From NCBI GenBank assembly GCA_965603825.1, contig CBFDEM010000056.1:310001-374000 (forward strand): a stretch of 64,000 nt of DNA. Reading direction: 5' to 3'. This document shows, piece by piece, positions 23,696 to 34,666 of the stretch (position 1 is the first letter of the stretch; each line of letters begins with the position of its first letter). The position numbers and the translations under genes were made by a program. The notes below the pieces were generated by a model. The model was not told the DNA's origin. It was given only the letters and a program-made list of their open reading frames with translations, and did not search any database. The stretch is from Blepharisma stoltei ATCC 30299. Lineage: Eukaryota > Protista > Ciliophora.

Positions 23696-24193
23696 CTTCT
23701 TCTTATAAAGGCTTAAATATTCTTATAGATGGTAACTTTCTTATATATAGCAGACCTATGGAAAAACCATATTTGAATAAAAATTTTTATTAAAAAAAGA
23801 ATACCAAAAATAATTAATAAAAATACATATAGGCAATCTATTAATTTTTTGATTTAGCCAAATCTCCCTGAAAAGGATAATAATTTAGATAAAGTAAATT
23901 TTATTAATTCTATCTTTTAAGTTAAATTACTTAAATAGTAATTCTTGCATTTATATTTGAATCTTTTTAGATATGATTATATTTTCGCGAAATTGCCATT
24001 TTCACTTAAAAATCCAATTTTCTTAAAATTTCACTTAATAAATAATAGCTAAGAACAAAAAGAAATAAAAAAGGCGAAACTTATATAATCTCAATAAATT
24101 AACCATTTTTTTAAATAATAGTCCATAAAGAAATCTTATCACCAAAATAATTATATCATAATTTTAAGCCTAAACCGTTTTTCTCAATAAAAA

Positions 24194-25705
24194 ATGGGCT
24201 GTGTTGCGAGTAAAAAGAAAATCAAACCAGAAAGTTTACCTACCCAAATTGAGCACACATCGTCTAAAAATCGTGTCTTGAAAAAAGAAGAATTAAAAAT
24301 CGAGGCATCCAATTTTGTATGAAAAGGCAAAGGTTCTATAAAGGACCACTATAAAATGGAAGAACAGCTTGGAAAAGGTGCATTTGGCTTCGTCCGTTTA
24401 GCTACACATATTGCTACAGGCCAAAAACGAGCAATTAAAACAATCCATAAAAGCTCTATAATAAACGATGATGCAGAGAGAAAAAAATTCATAAGTGAAA
24501 TTGAAATTTTGAGAAAAGCTGACCACCCAAATATTGTAAAACTTTATGAATTTTATGAAGATGAGGAGCATTATCATTTAGTGACTGAACATGTAAAAGG
24601 TGGCGAGCTTTTTGACTACATTATTAAGAGTAAAATGCTTTCTGAAAAAATAGCAGCACATTTTATGAGTCAACTATTAAGCGCAGTTTTGTATTGTCAT
24701 GCCAATAATATCGTCCATAGAGACCTTAAACCTGAAAATTTGCTTTTGGAAACTCAAGCAAACGACGCCAATTTAAAAGTAATTGATTTTGGGACTTCAG
24801 CGATTTTTGAGCCATGCAAAAATTTGACTCAAAAATATGGAACAGCTTACTATATAGCTCCAGAAGTTTTAAGGAAAGATTATAATGAAAAGTGTGACAT
24901 TTGAAGTTGTGGGGTAATTTTATATATATTATTATGTGGCAAACCTCCATTTTATGGCCGAAATGACAGAGATATTATAAGAAGAGTTGAAAAAGGCGAA
25001 TTTTCTATGAAAGGAAGCGAGTGGGATGTAATTTCCCCACAAGCCAAACTTTTAATCAGCAAAATGTTGGATTTTGACCCACAAACTAGAATTTCTGCAA
25101 GTGAAGCAGTTCAGGACGAATGAATTTGCAGATTTACTGATAAATCAGACCTTACAGAGACCCAAGAACTTACATCACTAGATGTGCTGAAATCTTTCAG
25201 AGCTGAAGAAAAGTTGCAATATGCAGTCCTTTCCTTTATTTCCTCTCAATTAATAAGCAGAGAAGAATCAAAGCAGCTAACTGAGATGTTTCGGTCTCTT
25301 GATATTAATGGAGATGGCAAAATAAGTAAAGATGAGCTATTAGAAGCTTACTCAAAAACTCTTGGGAGATCAGCTGCAATTCACCAAGTCGAGCAAATCA
25401 TGGCAAAAGTTGATGCGAATAATTCAGGATTTATTGATTATTCTGAATTTATGATGGCTGCGACTGCCTTAGAAACTTTAATTAGTAAAGAAAATCTAAA
25501 ATCTGCCTTTACTGCTTTTGACGCAGATGGAAATGGAAAAATTAGTGCTAAAGAACTCAAAATGTTTTTAGGTACTGATCTTGCAGTAAGTGATATGGTA
25601 TGGAAAGACATGATTTCAGAAGTCGATTTAGATGGCGATGGAGAAGTAGATATCGTGGAATTTGAAAATATGATGATAAAACTGATAAAAAGCTCTCCTT
25701 TGTAG
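24194..25705 (+). CDS. Calcium-dependent protein kinase (kinase + 4 EF-hands), N-terminal MGC
   Basis: GKGAFG, HRDLKPEN, GTAYYIAPE, EKCDI-TGA(W)-SCGVI; four EF loops. Confidence 0.95.
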
Positions 25706-25976
25706 AATTCTCTATACAAAAAGTATCTAATCAATTTTTCTTTTTGTAATAAGTAAACAATTTTTGCCAACATATAATTCTTATTTGTTGTAAAAATTAA
25801 TGTCAAAAAAATTATTTTTAAATTTTTTAAGCCTATCTAATGTTAAATATAGCCTGCTGCTTTAATTTCAAGGCAGTTTTATCATAAATTATAAACAGTC
25901 TTCAATGCTTGATTTTTTTAATCATGAAATAAATTAAAGACTCAGTAAAAAATTCATATAAATAATTATCGTTAAA

Positions 25977-28900
25977 ATGGATTCAAAATTGTTGATTATT
26001 GAATTTCGAGAAGTTTATCTACCTTGGGCTTCAGATCCTATGAAGACAACTATACGCGTGAATGTAAATGGAAAGGCCAGCACTTTGATGTATCAAAATT
26101 CTATAGAAGTTCAATTAGCTTCTCTTTCAGGAGATATTCAAATACATATTGTTATTCAAAGTGAAAATTTAGCATTAGGAAGTTTGAGCTTTAGCTTAGG
26201 ACAGCTATTTAAAGACAATTTTACCAAAGAAGCAGAACAGTTAATAAAAGTTGAAATTCCTATTGAAATTGTTAGAATTAAGCTCCCTAAAGATGTTAAG
26301 CAAGGAATTGCAAGAGTTAGGCTAGGAGCAGTAATATATGATTCCAAACCAAGAGAAGTGGAAAATAAAAAAATTGTTGAGGAAATTGTTTTACAGTCAA
26401 AAGAAGTGGAGAATGCTGGAGAAATAGAAGTTAAAAATCAAGAAAAAGATGAGGAGGCGATGTTTATTAAAAGTGCTTCAAGAGGTTATATAGCTAGAAA
26501 ATGGTTTAATGAAGAAAAGAAAAAAACTGAAGATTCTCATATTCTTATACAATCTGCAGCTCGTGGATATGTAGAAAGAAAAAGTATAACTGCAGAAGAA
26601 CCTCAAGGAGAAAGTTCCCCAAAAAGCCCAGTTTTATTGCAGTCTGTGTTTCGGTCATACTTATCACGCAAAAAAACCCAGCCAAAAACTGAAGAAAATC
26701 CTGCTGAAGAGGTCCAAGTAACAGCTGATCAAAAACAAACAGAAAAAACAGAAGAAGGAGAAAGCTCGCTAAAAAGCTCAGATTTGTTGCAATCTGTTTC
26801 TGAGCCATATTTATCACATAATGAGAATAAGCCAACTGAAGAAAATAAAGAAGTAGCAGAATCTGAAGGAATTGCAGATCAAAATCTAGAAGAAAATGAA
26901 GAAAAAAGCCCCATTTTAATACAATCAGTTTGCCGTGGATATTTACAAAGGAAAAAAGTTCCTGAAAGAGCTGCACCAGTTGTTGAAGATTTATGCATTA
27001 AATCTGCAGCAAGAGGATATTTAATAAGGAAAAATCTGAACCAGTCAAAAAAAAAACCGAGACCACCTTTATTGAATGTTGATGGAAAAATAAGTGGAAG
27101 TGAAAACTCATATTTAGGACAAATAAAACAATCAGAATATTATTATAAATTTGCTTCAAATATTTTAGACAAACTAAGGGCTGAGCTTGGGCCTTCATTT
27201 GCAAGAATTCTTGAAGAAGCTACATCATTAGGCTCAAAAAGTCCTACAAAATCCCCCGTTCGAGGTAGCTCTCGATCCGGTACTCGTTCACCTTCAAAAT
27301 CTCCTTACAAGCAAACAACAAAATCATCATTTTCATCATTCGCTGATGAAGAAGAAACTTATATAGAAATCCCTAGCAAGCGTGATATTTTCCTTGAAAA
27401 AATATCTGGGAAAAATCCACAGTCACTGGTTTTAGCTATTATTGGACTCATTGCAAAAAGAAATTTATTTGATATTCAAGCTTTTGAGACAACAGCAATG
27501 AAAGAGCTTCTAGAGGCAAAAGATAAAGCTATTGAATTACTAGATAATTCAATGAAAGAAACTCATGAACAAATCGCTGCAGAAGTAGAAGACTTAAATG
27601 AAATCGAAAAAGCATTAAAAGAGGATATTGATAAAATGCAAAAAGCAATTATTGTTCATAAAAATAAGTCGGAAGAACTGAATAATAGAAAAAAATTATT
27701 GAAGATTGAGATTGAAAAATTGAAAGAAAGTAAAATCGAAAACATTTCAGGAATTGAAAAGGAAAATATAGAAAATTTAAAAATTGAGCTAAATTATTAT
27801 GAAAAACAAAGGGTTGATATTGAGAATAAATTAAACCAAAATGTGAGAGAGTTTAGCCATAATCTTGAAGAATTAATGAATGAAAGCAACAAGCTGATAG
27901 TAGAAAAAGAAGAAATAGGAGAAAATTTAGAAAAATCCAAAAAGGAATTAAATGCAGCTAAAAGAGATCAAGAAAGACTCCTAAATGAAATTAAAAGACT
28001 AGAAGGCTTTATTGGGATAGAAAATGAGCAAAATTCTGTGAAAATTTTATATGACAAACTATCATCATCTCATGTGCAAGCATTAGAAAAATTAAATTCT
28101 TCAATAAACTCATTAAAACTACAAAAAGAAGAAATAAACAGCAACTGCTTGATGCTTCACCAGAAAATCGAGTCTGATATTAAAAAATATTCAAATTCCC
28201 AACTCTCTTACAACAAAAAAATAGAGGATTATAACGCTATAATCTCTACTTTAAACCAAAACTTGCATAAACTTAAAATTTATATTGACCAGCTTGAAGA
28301 AATCTACAATAAAAAGGCTAGCATTGACCATCACTTTGATACTCTATTAAAAAATTATGAACAAAATTTAGAAGTCAAGGATGCTCTCACAGAAGAGCTT
28401 TCCCATTTTTCTGATTTTATGTTTGCGCTTTCACAGTCATTTTTAAAGGAGCATAGGATTTATAAAAGTTTACAATTAATCCTTGAAGAAAAAAATTATG
28501 AGTTAAAATCTATGAGACTTGTTGTAGCTGAAGTTAAGCAAAGTAATCCAGTTTATTTTCCTGTTAAAGGTGATGAAATTGATGAAGCACTTGCAGAATA
28601 TCTCAATTCAAGAGACCAAATAATACAATTGCCATTTATAAGAGAAACATCTGGGAATTATTACTATGGAACGAGAAGAGCTCTTATTAAATTTGAAAGA
28701 GGTAAATTAAGTGTAAAAGTTGGGGGAGGATTTTTACCAATTGACGAGTTTATTGAAGCTTATACAGAAGTAGAATTAGAAAAATTCCATATGAGGAATT
28801 TAGGGACAAGTCCCAGAATGAAGAAGTTTTTAGGAAAATGGGCTGGAGGTATATTAAAAGATGAGCAAGGCTCCCCAGAAGAATTAAGGGAAAACTTAGT

Positions 28901-29006
28901 TCGAGCTGCAGAAAAACAAGCATTTATTTCAATTTATGGCGTGAAAAGCGAAAGAATCAGCAACTCTCCATCACCCAAAAAGTCAACTGAAGAATTTTCT
29001 ATTTAA
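25977..29006 (+). CDS. IQ-motif / coiled-coil / GAS2(GAR)-domain cytoskeletal protein
   Basis: About six IQ-like motifs (e.g. IQSAARGY), long coiled coil, C-terminal GNYYYGTRR...LSVKVGGGFLPIDEFI (GAR). Confidence 0.75.
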   Translation: MDSKLLIIEFREVYLPWASDPMKTTIRVNVNGKASTLMYQNSIEVQLASLSGDIQIHIVIQSENLALGSLSFSLGQLFKDNFTKEAEQLIKVEIPIEIVRIKLPKDVKQGIARVRLGAVIYDSKPREVENKKIVEEIVLQSKEVENAGEIEVKNQEKDEEAMFIKSASRGYIARKWFNEEKKKTEDSHILIQSAARGYVERKSITAEEPQGESSPKSPVLLQSVFRSYLSRKKTQPKTEENPAEEVQVTADQKQTEKTEEGESSLKSSDLLQSVSEPYLSHNENKPTEENKEVAESEGIADQNLEENEEKSPILIQSVCRGYLQRKKVPERAAPVVEDLCIKSAARGYLIRKNLNQSKKKPRPPLLNVDGKISGSENSYLGQIKQSEYYYKFASNILDKLRAELGPSFARILEEATSLGSKSPTKSPVRGSSRSGTRSPSKSPYKQTTKSSFSSFADEEETYIEIPSKRDIFLEKISGKNPQSLVLAIIGLIAKRNLFDIQAFETTAMKELLEAKDKAIELLDNSMKETHEQIAAEVEDLNEIEKALKEDIDKMQKAIIVHKNKSEELNNRKKLLKIEIEKLKESKIENISGIEKENIENLKIELNYYEKQRVDIENKLNQNVREFSHNLEELMNESNKLIVEKEEIGENLEKSKKELNAAKRDQERLLNEIKRLEGFIGIENEQNSVKILYDKLSSSHVQALEKLNSSINSLKLQKEEINSNCLMLHQKIESDIKKYSNSQLSYNKKIEDYNAIISTLNQNLHKLKIYIDQLEEIYNKKASIDHHFDTLLKNYEQNLEVKDALTEELSHFSDFMFALSQSFLKEHRIYKSLQLILEEKNYELKSMRLVVAEVKQSNPVYFPVKGDEIDEALAEYLNSRDQIIQLPFIRETSGNYYYGTRRALIKFERGKLSVKVGGGFLPIDEFIEAYTEVELEKFHMRNLGTSPRMKKFLGKWAGGILKDEQGSPEELRENLVRAAEKQAFISIYGVKSERISNSPSPKKSTEEFSI
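26603..26950 (+). repeat. Intragenic degenerate tandem duplication, about 150-bp unit, about 2.3 copies, each with an IQ-like motif
   Basis: GESSPKSPVLLQSVFRSYLS / GESSLKSSDLLQSVSEPYLS / EKSPILIQSVCRGYLQ with matching DNA. Confidence 0.7.
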
Positions 29007-29017
29007 CTATTAATTTA

Positions 29018-31099
29018 TTATTCAAAAAATTGTGGATAGCGATAAACCAGCATCCTTAAAAACTCATGATTTTCTAATAGTTGCATATGAGCACTTCTTC
29101 CAATAATAGTATCTAATGATTGTTCAAGCTTAAAATTTACATCTAATTTCAATATAAAGCTATTAGATAGCCTCCTCAATATATTTTCTACCATTTTTGC
29201 ATAAATGCTTCCGCTACTCAATTCTTTAGCATATATTCCAGGCACCTCGATCCTTGCTGATTCAAATGGTGCATATTCATCCTGAGCTGAGCTGATAAGA
29301 ACTACATATTTAAATCATTCCAATCCTTCAGATAGCGATAGCTGGTAAATAAAGGTCCCTTCTTGTATATGATAGTCTTGCAAACAAAGCTGTTTCAATG
29401 ATAAAACCCTTTTAATGAATTTTAAAAATCATATTCCAGCATCTAAAAGCTTACTTGAATTCATTAGCCCCAAATGCGGGGTAGATAATGATAAATAAAG
29501 TTGCATTTTATCTGATAAGGCATCTAAATATGGTAAAGCTGCACGAATAATTAGCCCTCCTAAGCTGTGCCCTATAAATGAAATCCTTGGAGCTTCGTCA
29601 GGACATCATTCTGAGAGGTACCCCACAAGTTCTTTAGCCAGTCTAAATCCCATTTCTTTGATGTCGCCATCAGTTTTTGTTTCATTTAAATTCGATTCTA
29701 AAAAGAAACATTTTGTATATACAAGTGAAATATAATTCTTTAGGATTTTTAAATCATTGGAATTCCCTTGAAATCCATGGACCAGTACAATTATATGTAG
29801 ATCTTCAATTTTTCGAATGGGGAGTTTTTTAAGTGATTTTCTATAGACTTTCTCAGAAAACATATTAGAGGATAAGCTATCAGGATAACAAACTTGCTCA
29901 TATAAAATCGGATGGGTTGCAATATTACTAAAAAAGGCAGTATCTTGAATAGTTAATGGCTCTAAATTACTAAAATATGGATTTTCTCTTATTTTTATGG
30001 ATGAAGCTGTATGCTCTTTTTTTGCTTCATTGTTATATCAAATCTGATTTCAATTTCTTCCTTCTTCTTTTATGCAAAATTCTGCACATCTTTCCATTAT
30101 TTTTTCTTCGTAGAAAAATTTAAAAAATTTCAAAGATTTTCTTGAATTTTTTATTATAATTTCTCTTAAGACCATAAATGCCTGATAAATGCAGCCAGCT
30201 ATTAGTTTTATTTCTCTTAACAAGCTTACACTGATTACATATGGATCATGGCTATTTAATTTTTCTGCAAAACTTCCCTCATTTTCATCTAAATTTTCAC
30301 TTAATAGCGGCAGCTTTAAAGGTTGAGGCACTTCAATATTCAAAAACTCGTATTCAGTTTTTATTTTTTCAATCAAAATTCGTATCCCTTCATGAACTTC
30401 TACTAAATTAGTTACATATTCATCATATTTTCTATCGATTTCTCCTCCACCAATAAATGCTTTAATTTTTCCTTTTTTATCTTTGAACAGAAAATTCATA
30501 AAATCGCTGGATTCGTCTTCAGTTAGTTTATAATCATAAAAAACAGCATGAATAATACCATCTACATTTGAAAAATACTCAGAGTTAAAAAGCCCAGGAA
30601 AATACTCATGGATTCCTTTTAAAGGATTTGAAATATTATATCGGCAAGTTTTTACAGTTTGAAAGTTTCCCTCTCTTGCCAATTGGACGAGATTGTCAAG
30701 AATAGGCTTTTTTCCTGGGATTTCTTTGAATAGTAAATCCAATTGTATGATTAATCCCTGCTCAGACTTGTTTTTTGGTAACTTCATATATAGCTGAAAT
30801 GTTGAAATTTCGTTTAGCTTGACTTTTTCTTCACTATATCGAATTAAAAAAACTCGAGATTTCACTGTTTTTTTATTTTCATTCAAAGATCCAGGAAGAA
30901 TATCGTGAGGGTTTAATTTAATCGGGTTGATATCTTTTGTCTTTATGTTTGATAAAGAAATTGGAACAGCATATACTCTCCTATCGTTTTTCATGTAATA
31001 ACAAGAAATCTGCAATTGATATAAGCCTTGCTGATAGAGATCTATATTTTTGTAAGTGTCCAATTGGATTACTATTTCTAAGACAGACTTAAGAGCCAT
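29018..31099 (-). CDS. FAM135-like protein (C-terminal DUF676 putative serine esterase)
   Basis: N-terminal YKNIDLYQQGLYQL; HIIVLVHGFQGNSNDL; RISFIGHSLGGLIIRAALP; STPHLG; three same-frame ORFs joined by TGA=W. Confidence 0.88.
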
Positions 31100-31240
31100 T
31101 TATTCTAAAATTATTTGAGCTATAAATCCCAGTAGTTTTTTCATAATCGGTATGCTAATAATTGCAGACTATCGAAAAACTTGGGATTTTTGGTAAAACT
31201 GTAAGAAAAAGGAAGATTTTTATTATAGCAAGAATTAAAA

Positions 31241-31579
31241 TTATTGAGAATCTGGTGCTGTAGCGTATTTTTCATGATAGTCGCTATCTGCCCAAATTGG
31301 CTTGTTAAGGAACTCTTTTGATCTCATAGGTCTAGCATGCTCGACTACTAAACTGTTTTCTCCCATCAGAGAGTTGTGTTTGTTAAAAATCGCATGATCT
31401 GCATCTTCCTCTTCTTCATATTCAATAAATGCGAAACCTCTTGATGCTTTTGTTATAGGATCAGCTGGGATGTCAATATTTTTTATCTCGCCAAAAGGAA
31501 TAAATGCTTCGTTTAAAGCATTATAGTCAGCTCCGTCCGGCAAATTTCCCACAAAAATCATCCTTGGATTTTTTTGCAT
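31241..31579 (-). CDS. RRM-only protein resembling the N-terminal RRM of cyclophilin E (PPIE/Cyp33)
   Basis: AFIPFGEI..IDIP.D..T...RGFAFIEY...EDA..AI.N...ARPMR...PIWAD. Confidence 0.82.
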   Translation of the reverse strand: MQKNPRMIFVGNLPDGADYNALNEAFIPFGEIKNIDIPADPITKASRGFAFIEYEEEEDADHAIFNKHNSLMGENSLVVEHARPMRSKEFLNKPIWADSDYHEKYATAPDSQ

Positions 31580-31701
31580 TTTATTATAAAGGAAATAGCA
31601 TGGCTATTTTGCCAGTAAGTCTATCATTTTTAGTTGTGATTTAGTTAATATCTATTAATTATCTTAGGATTATTTTATTTCAAGTTATAGAAAAACTAAA
31701 C

Positions 31702-32223
31702 ATGACTAGCATCAAAATTCCATTCGAGAATCTCGGCAAAAATTCCTATAAAGACTCTTATAGAAGGCCACAATCAGCGCGCAACTACTCAGAATCTCGC
31801 AAAAACCCTATTTTACAGTTAGATGATTTCACTACAACTCCCAAATCAATGAGGGCAAAAGTCCCTGGATATATGGACTCAAGTCGATGGCTGAATGAAA
31901 GACCAAAAGGAAAAGGATTAGTTAGATCTACTACAGGCAGCTCATATAATTTTATAAGTTCGCAAGATCTTATTAACTTTAAGCCGACCAAGCGAATTTT
32001 CGCTCAAGGAAGAGCATTTCCTATACCTGAGAGGGCTTGCATTCGCTTAAAACCTGCTGCTCCTGTAAAGAATCCAGTTTTACAGACTGACCAATGTTTT
32101 GGAAATAAAGAAAAACCTTGCATTAGGATTATTGACCCAAGACCATCGTTTATAACTGAGTATTTCAATATGAGAAATTCTCTTCCTTCCTCAGAGCTTG
32201 GATTTAAGAAAAATTTATTGTAA
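31702..32223 (+). CDS. Hypothetical basic protein
   Basis: 173-aa ATG..TAA ORF. Confidence 0.65.
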   Translation: MTSIKIPFENLGKNSYKDSYRRPQSARNYSESRKNPILQLDDFTTTPKSMRAKVPGYMDSSRWLNERPKGKGLVRSTTGSSYNFISSQDLINFKPTKRIFAQGRAFPIPERACIRLKPAAPVKNPVLQTDQCFGNKEKPCIRIIDPRPSFITEYFNMRNSLPSSELGFKKNLL

Positions 32224-32415
32224 TTTTTATGCAGCGCTGAGCAAAATAAAAGCCGAGTTTTTGACCAAGCTGGAGTTTGTGACCCATTCGATTCGCATAG
32301 AAAAACAATTGACCATAGGCAAAGTTCAGTTTCTGATTTACTCTCATATAAATATGCATTGCCATATAGAGAAAATAAAATAACAGAGAAAATATAATTT
32401 AAATAAATTGATTAT

Positions 32416-32964
32416 TTAACCAAGTCTATATCCTGGCCCTGTAAAAGGCTGTTGTCGTGGCTGCTCAGGTGGCGGTGGCGGAGGGTTTGATGATCCTGCT
32501 CCATAAGCTGCTCCATATCCATAACCATAACCAGGTGGCACCATTGGTCCTCTTTCAATTGCTTCTATAAATAAACCTTTAAGTTCTCTATAAGCCAAAA
32601 ATGCATAATAAATAGAGACAATATAAAAAGGCACCTTAATCAGCATAATAATAACTAAAACCCCATAAGTATCATCAACCTCTTTTTCATCAGCCAAATA
32701 ATCGCCTGTAAACATAACGCTTGTAATTAAATCCATTATGCATAAAACGATATAGAATATACAAGTACACCAGTTCATAGTCCATACAATCATAAATAGT
32801 AATAAAGCTCCCATAAGCATGATTATTCCAGACCAAATATCTACGAAAATATTGAGAATCCCTAAGCAAATTTGCATTATGCCTAATATCTTTATGATGT
32901 TGAATAACTTATCACAGTAAGCGTTAGGGTGCTCGGGAATTCCTGTGGGTAAACAGCAGAACAT
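32416..32964 (-). CDS. Four-TM membrane protein with Pro-rich tail and terminal SHP-box-like motif
   Basis: Four hydrophobic segments; C-terminus PFTGPGYRLG (FxGxGxRLG). Confidence 0.75.
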   Translation of the reverse strand: MFCCLPTGIPEHPNAYCDKLFNIIKILGIMQICLGILNIFVDIWSGIIMLMGALLLFMIVWTMNWCTCIFYIVLCIMDLITSVMFTGDYLADEKEVDDTYGVLVIIMLIKVPFYIVSIYYAFLAYRELKGLFIEAIERGPMVPPGYGYGYGAAYGAGSSNPPPPPPEQPRQQPFTGPGYRLG

Positions 32965-33064
32965 CTTTATTTTATGACATGCCTAGGATATAAAATTATT
33001 ATCCGTTACTAACAAAAGCAATTTTAAAAGCAAATATAAAGCAGATTTTCATAAGAATTAGAAT

Positions 33065-34633
33065 ATGGATCGAGAAATAGGGAATTTTTCACGATTTTAT
33101 ACTAACGAAGCTGAAAAGGAGCGAAGGAAAGAAATTTTAAAAAAAGTAAACAAAAATTAGGCTGAAGAAGATTTTTTAAACGCTCAAAAAGAATTAGAAG
33201 AGTGAAAAACCAAAAGATCCAAGCAAACAACTCCACAGCCTCAAAGTTTTCCAGTTGATGAAAATATATGTTTCACTCCCAATGAGTTTATTACTTTTGA
33301 TAACCCAAGAAGTGCAAAGACTCAAGTAAAACTAAGCATTTCTCCAATTAAAGAAGAAAAATCAAGAATCACTTATCCCGGGGAATTTTTCGAATCAAAT
33401 GACAATTATATATCAAAAAGAGAGCACAACAAAATCTTGCAAGAACTCGCAATAGAGCACAACAGAGAGTTAGAAGCTGAAAGAAGCAAAGGAATTGAAA
33501 TGTTCACTAAAAAAGCGGCGGAATTTGAAAAAATGGTCCAAGATAATGATAGGATAAAGGAAATCAAATATAAGCAAAGACATAGAAGTGTTGAACAGCT
33601 AGAACAAGAATTATTGGATTTACAGACTTCTGTGCATCAATATAAACTAAATGAAGAAGTCATGAAAAAACAGTATCAAGCTTTAGTACAACAGAGTGAA
33701 AAAGAAATTAAAGCACATTTAAACAGCTTGGCAAAAGCTCGAGAAGAAATTGAGTATTATAAAATTGCAAAGCCACAAGAGATAGAAAAAGAACTAAACT
33801 CAGTAAAAGAAAGGGTTGACCATTTGAATTGCCAAATTCAGTATAAAGAGAGAGAAATCAAAGAGAAGGATCAGCAATTATTAAACCTTCACACTAGAAT
33901 TCGGGAAAGAGAAGGATTCATTGCACAGCTGGAGCAGAAAATTATTGCTTTAGAGCAGGAAAGGTTATCTAGTAAAGAAAAAGAATTTGAAGCAACTACA
34001 ATTAAATTCAATTTAGAAGATGAAAAGCGAAAACGAGAAAAAATCGAAAATGATTATAATTTACTATTAAAAGACACAGAAAATATCAAGCAAAAAATAA
34101 GAAAAGAAATAGAATTAAGTTATCGAGAAGAAATTGAAAATTTGGATAATAAAAATCAGAAATTGAAATATGAATTAGAAAAAGCAATGAATGAAAAAAA
34201 CCCAAATCAGCTGGAAGACAAGAAAATTCAATTGGAAAATGAATTGTCAGAACTCGAAAATTTAAGGCAGCTTAAATTATCTGACTCGACATCAGAACAT
34301 ATAGAAGGCGTTAAAAACTATTATGAAAAAAGATGCAAAAGTTTTGAAAATGAAGCGATAAGTTGGAAAAATAAAGCTGGAGAGCTAGTTTCAAAGTATT
34401 ATACTGCATTAAAAGGGCTGAGATCAAAAATTCATCATTTTAAAGCAGAAACAATAAGAAAGCAAGCTATGATGAAAGATGATTTTGATGATAGTATAAA
34501 TCAAATTATGGGACGATATGGCAAAGCTCTCAAAAATGCAGATTCCATGGTTCAAACTTTATCACAAAAACTTGCAAGTCTCACCGAAAAAAAGCCTAAG
34601 TCAAAAGCTGTAAGAAAAACCAATAATATTTAA
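33065..34633 (+). CDS. Coiled-coil protein with one 15-nt intron
   Basis: ATG 33065, intron 33146-33160 and one TGA=W join in frame to track ORF 33437-34633. Confidence 0.78.
33146..33160 (+). other. 15-nt intron GTAAACAAAAATTAG
   Basis: GT..AG, A at -6, phase 0, removes TAG. Confidence 0.82.
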
Positions 34634-34666
34634 TTTACAAGATTTTCTAAAATGTTGTTAAGTGTA

